From Candidatus Multivoradales bacterium (GTDB lineage Bacteria > Acidobacteriota > Thermoanaerobaculia > Multivoradales > JAHEKO01): DNA of 64,000 nt. The stretch spans positions 2,006,695 to 2,070,694 of the forward strand of contig CBDCYF010000005.1 of NCBI GenBank assembly GCA_965224065.1, read 5' to 3'. Within the stretch, counting starts at the first letter, position 1; each line of letters starts with the position of its first letter. The notes below the pieces were generated by a model, which was given only the letters and a program-made list of their open reading frames with translations, did not search any database and was not told the origin of the DNA. Made by a program: the position numbers and the translations under genes. Below are positions 63,236-64,000 of the stretch, one piece after another.

Positions 63236-64000
63236 TCAGCGGCGCCAGCTCCGGCGTCCGGGCCGCCTTCCCCAACGACGGTCGATGACCCGCACCCGAT
63301 CGGCACCCTCGAAGTACCGGCCGTCGGTCGTGCGGCCACTCACGACGACCCGCTCGACGCCGGGTTGCAGCTCGGTGTCTCGGGTCCTGAACCGCAGCAC
63401 CAGGTCCCGGCGGCCGTCCCGGTTGACGTCGAACCGCAGTGAGCCCCGCCACCGGCGGCCGGGCGCGCTACCGGGATCGAGACGCACGGTCCCGGCGTCG
63501 ACGTCCCGCGCTGCGAGACTCCCAAATTCGCCGGCCGTGCTCAGGATGGCGACCGAGAACCCTCGGCTCCTCGTGTTGACCACGTTTCTCCAGGAGAACG
63601 GCCGCAGGTCGATCTCGATCGGCAGCGCCTCGACAGTGAGGTTAAACGACCCTCCGCCGACTCCCCCGTCGTCGTCCAGGACGTTTACGGCCACGGTGTA
63701 GGTCCCTGGCTCGTAGTACACGCGGCTCGCACTGGCCGTTCCGACGCCCCCTGTTTCCTCGACCAGGCCGTCGGCGCTCTCCCCGTCTCCCCAGTCGAAG
63801 GTCGCTCCGTGGGTGTCGACCACTCCGGGGTCGGTGAACGACGCGGTGACGCTGAGCGTGTCGCCCGAATAGATGGTCCGGTCGGCCAGCGGCATCACCA
63901 CTGGAGCGGCGTTCGAGATGACGGCCTCCACCGTCGCGGTGGCCGCGTTGCTCTCGCCGTCGGTCAGGGCGAGGGCCACCGAGTAGACCCCGTCATCGTC
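63236..64000 (-). CDS. PKD-domain surface protein, C-terminal part; gene continues beyond the window end
   Basis: The PKD-domain motif is FDWGDGESADG...YYEPGTYTVAVNVLDDDGG. The ORF is open to the window edge. Confidence 0.6.
   Translation of the reverse strand, partial: DDDGVYSVALALTDGESNAATATVEAVISNAAPVVMPLADRTIYSGDTLSVTASFTDPGVVDTHGATFDWGDGESADGLVEETGGVGTASASRVYYEPGTYTVAVNVLDDDGGVGGGSFNLTVEALPIEIDLRPFSWRNVVNTRSRGFSVAILSTAGEFGSLAARDVDAGTVRLDPGSAPGRRWRGSLRFDVNRDGRRDLVLRFRTRDTELQPGVERVVVSGRTTDGRYFEGADRVRVIDRRWGRRPGRRSWRR

Overview
This 64-kb window is about 68% GC and reads as chromosomal DNA from a Gram-negative bacterium. Envelope and housekeeping genes are densely packed on both strands: BamD, YbgF/CpoB, TonB, TatA, FtsEX, and a conserved uppS-cdsA-rseP block. 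The operons I can recognise are ftsE-ftsX, rlmN, and a long co-directional minus-strand run from tatA through truA. Others are a yvcK-glmU-glmS-uvrD block, an mglB-mglA polarity GTPase module with a downstream TPR gene, and glpD. Further operons are a cytochrome c–sulfatase–GMC oxidoreductase set, a lipid-modifying cluster (YhhN, fatty-acid hydroxylase, UbiA-type prenyltransferase, carboxylesterase), typA, a futalosine-pathway radical-SAM gene, dNK and thiG. There is also a divergent GT87-like/GT2 membrane glycosyltransferase pair.

The most striking candidates are:
- A three-gene surface module at about 32.9–40.8 kb. It encodes a membrane-anchored transglutaminase-like protein whose catalytic Cys is replaced by Ser, a 1580-aa secreted giant, and a small lipoprotein. 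The giant carries repeated PPC-type domains, two galactose-binding-like domains and two C-terminal vWA domains.
- A low-GC (~50%) island inserted immediately downstream of a tRNA-Arg(ACG) at about 55.25–58.6 kb. It holds a frameshifted transposase N-terminal remnant and three exported proteins of unknown function, one with EF-hand-like DxDxDG loops.
- A family of REP-like palindromic repeats at two intergenic loci.
- A 26-bp perfect inverted repeat bracketing a ~120-bp structured spacer.
- Two in-frame short tandem repeats inside coding regions.

I found no CRISPR array or rRNA. Many long ORFs in the six-frame track are antisense GC-bias artefacts and were rejected.
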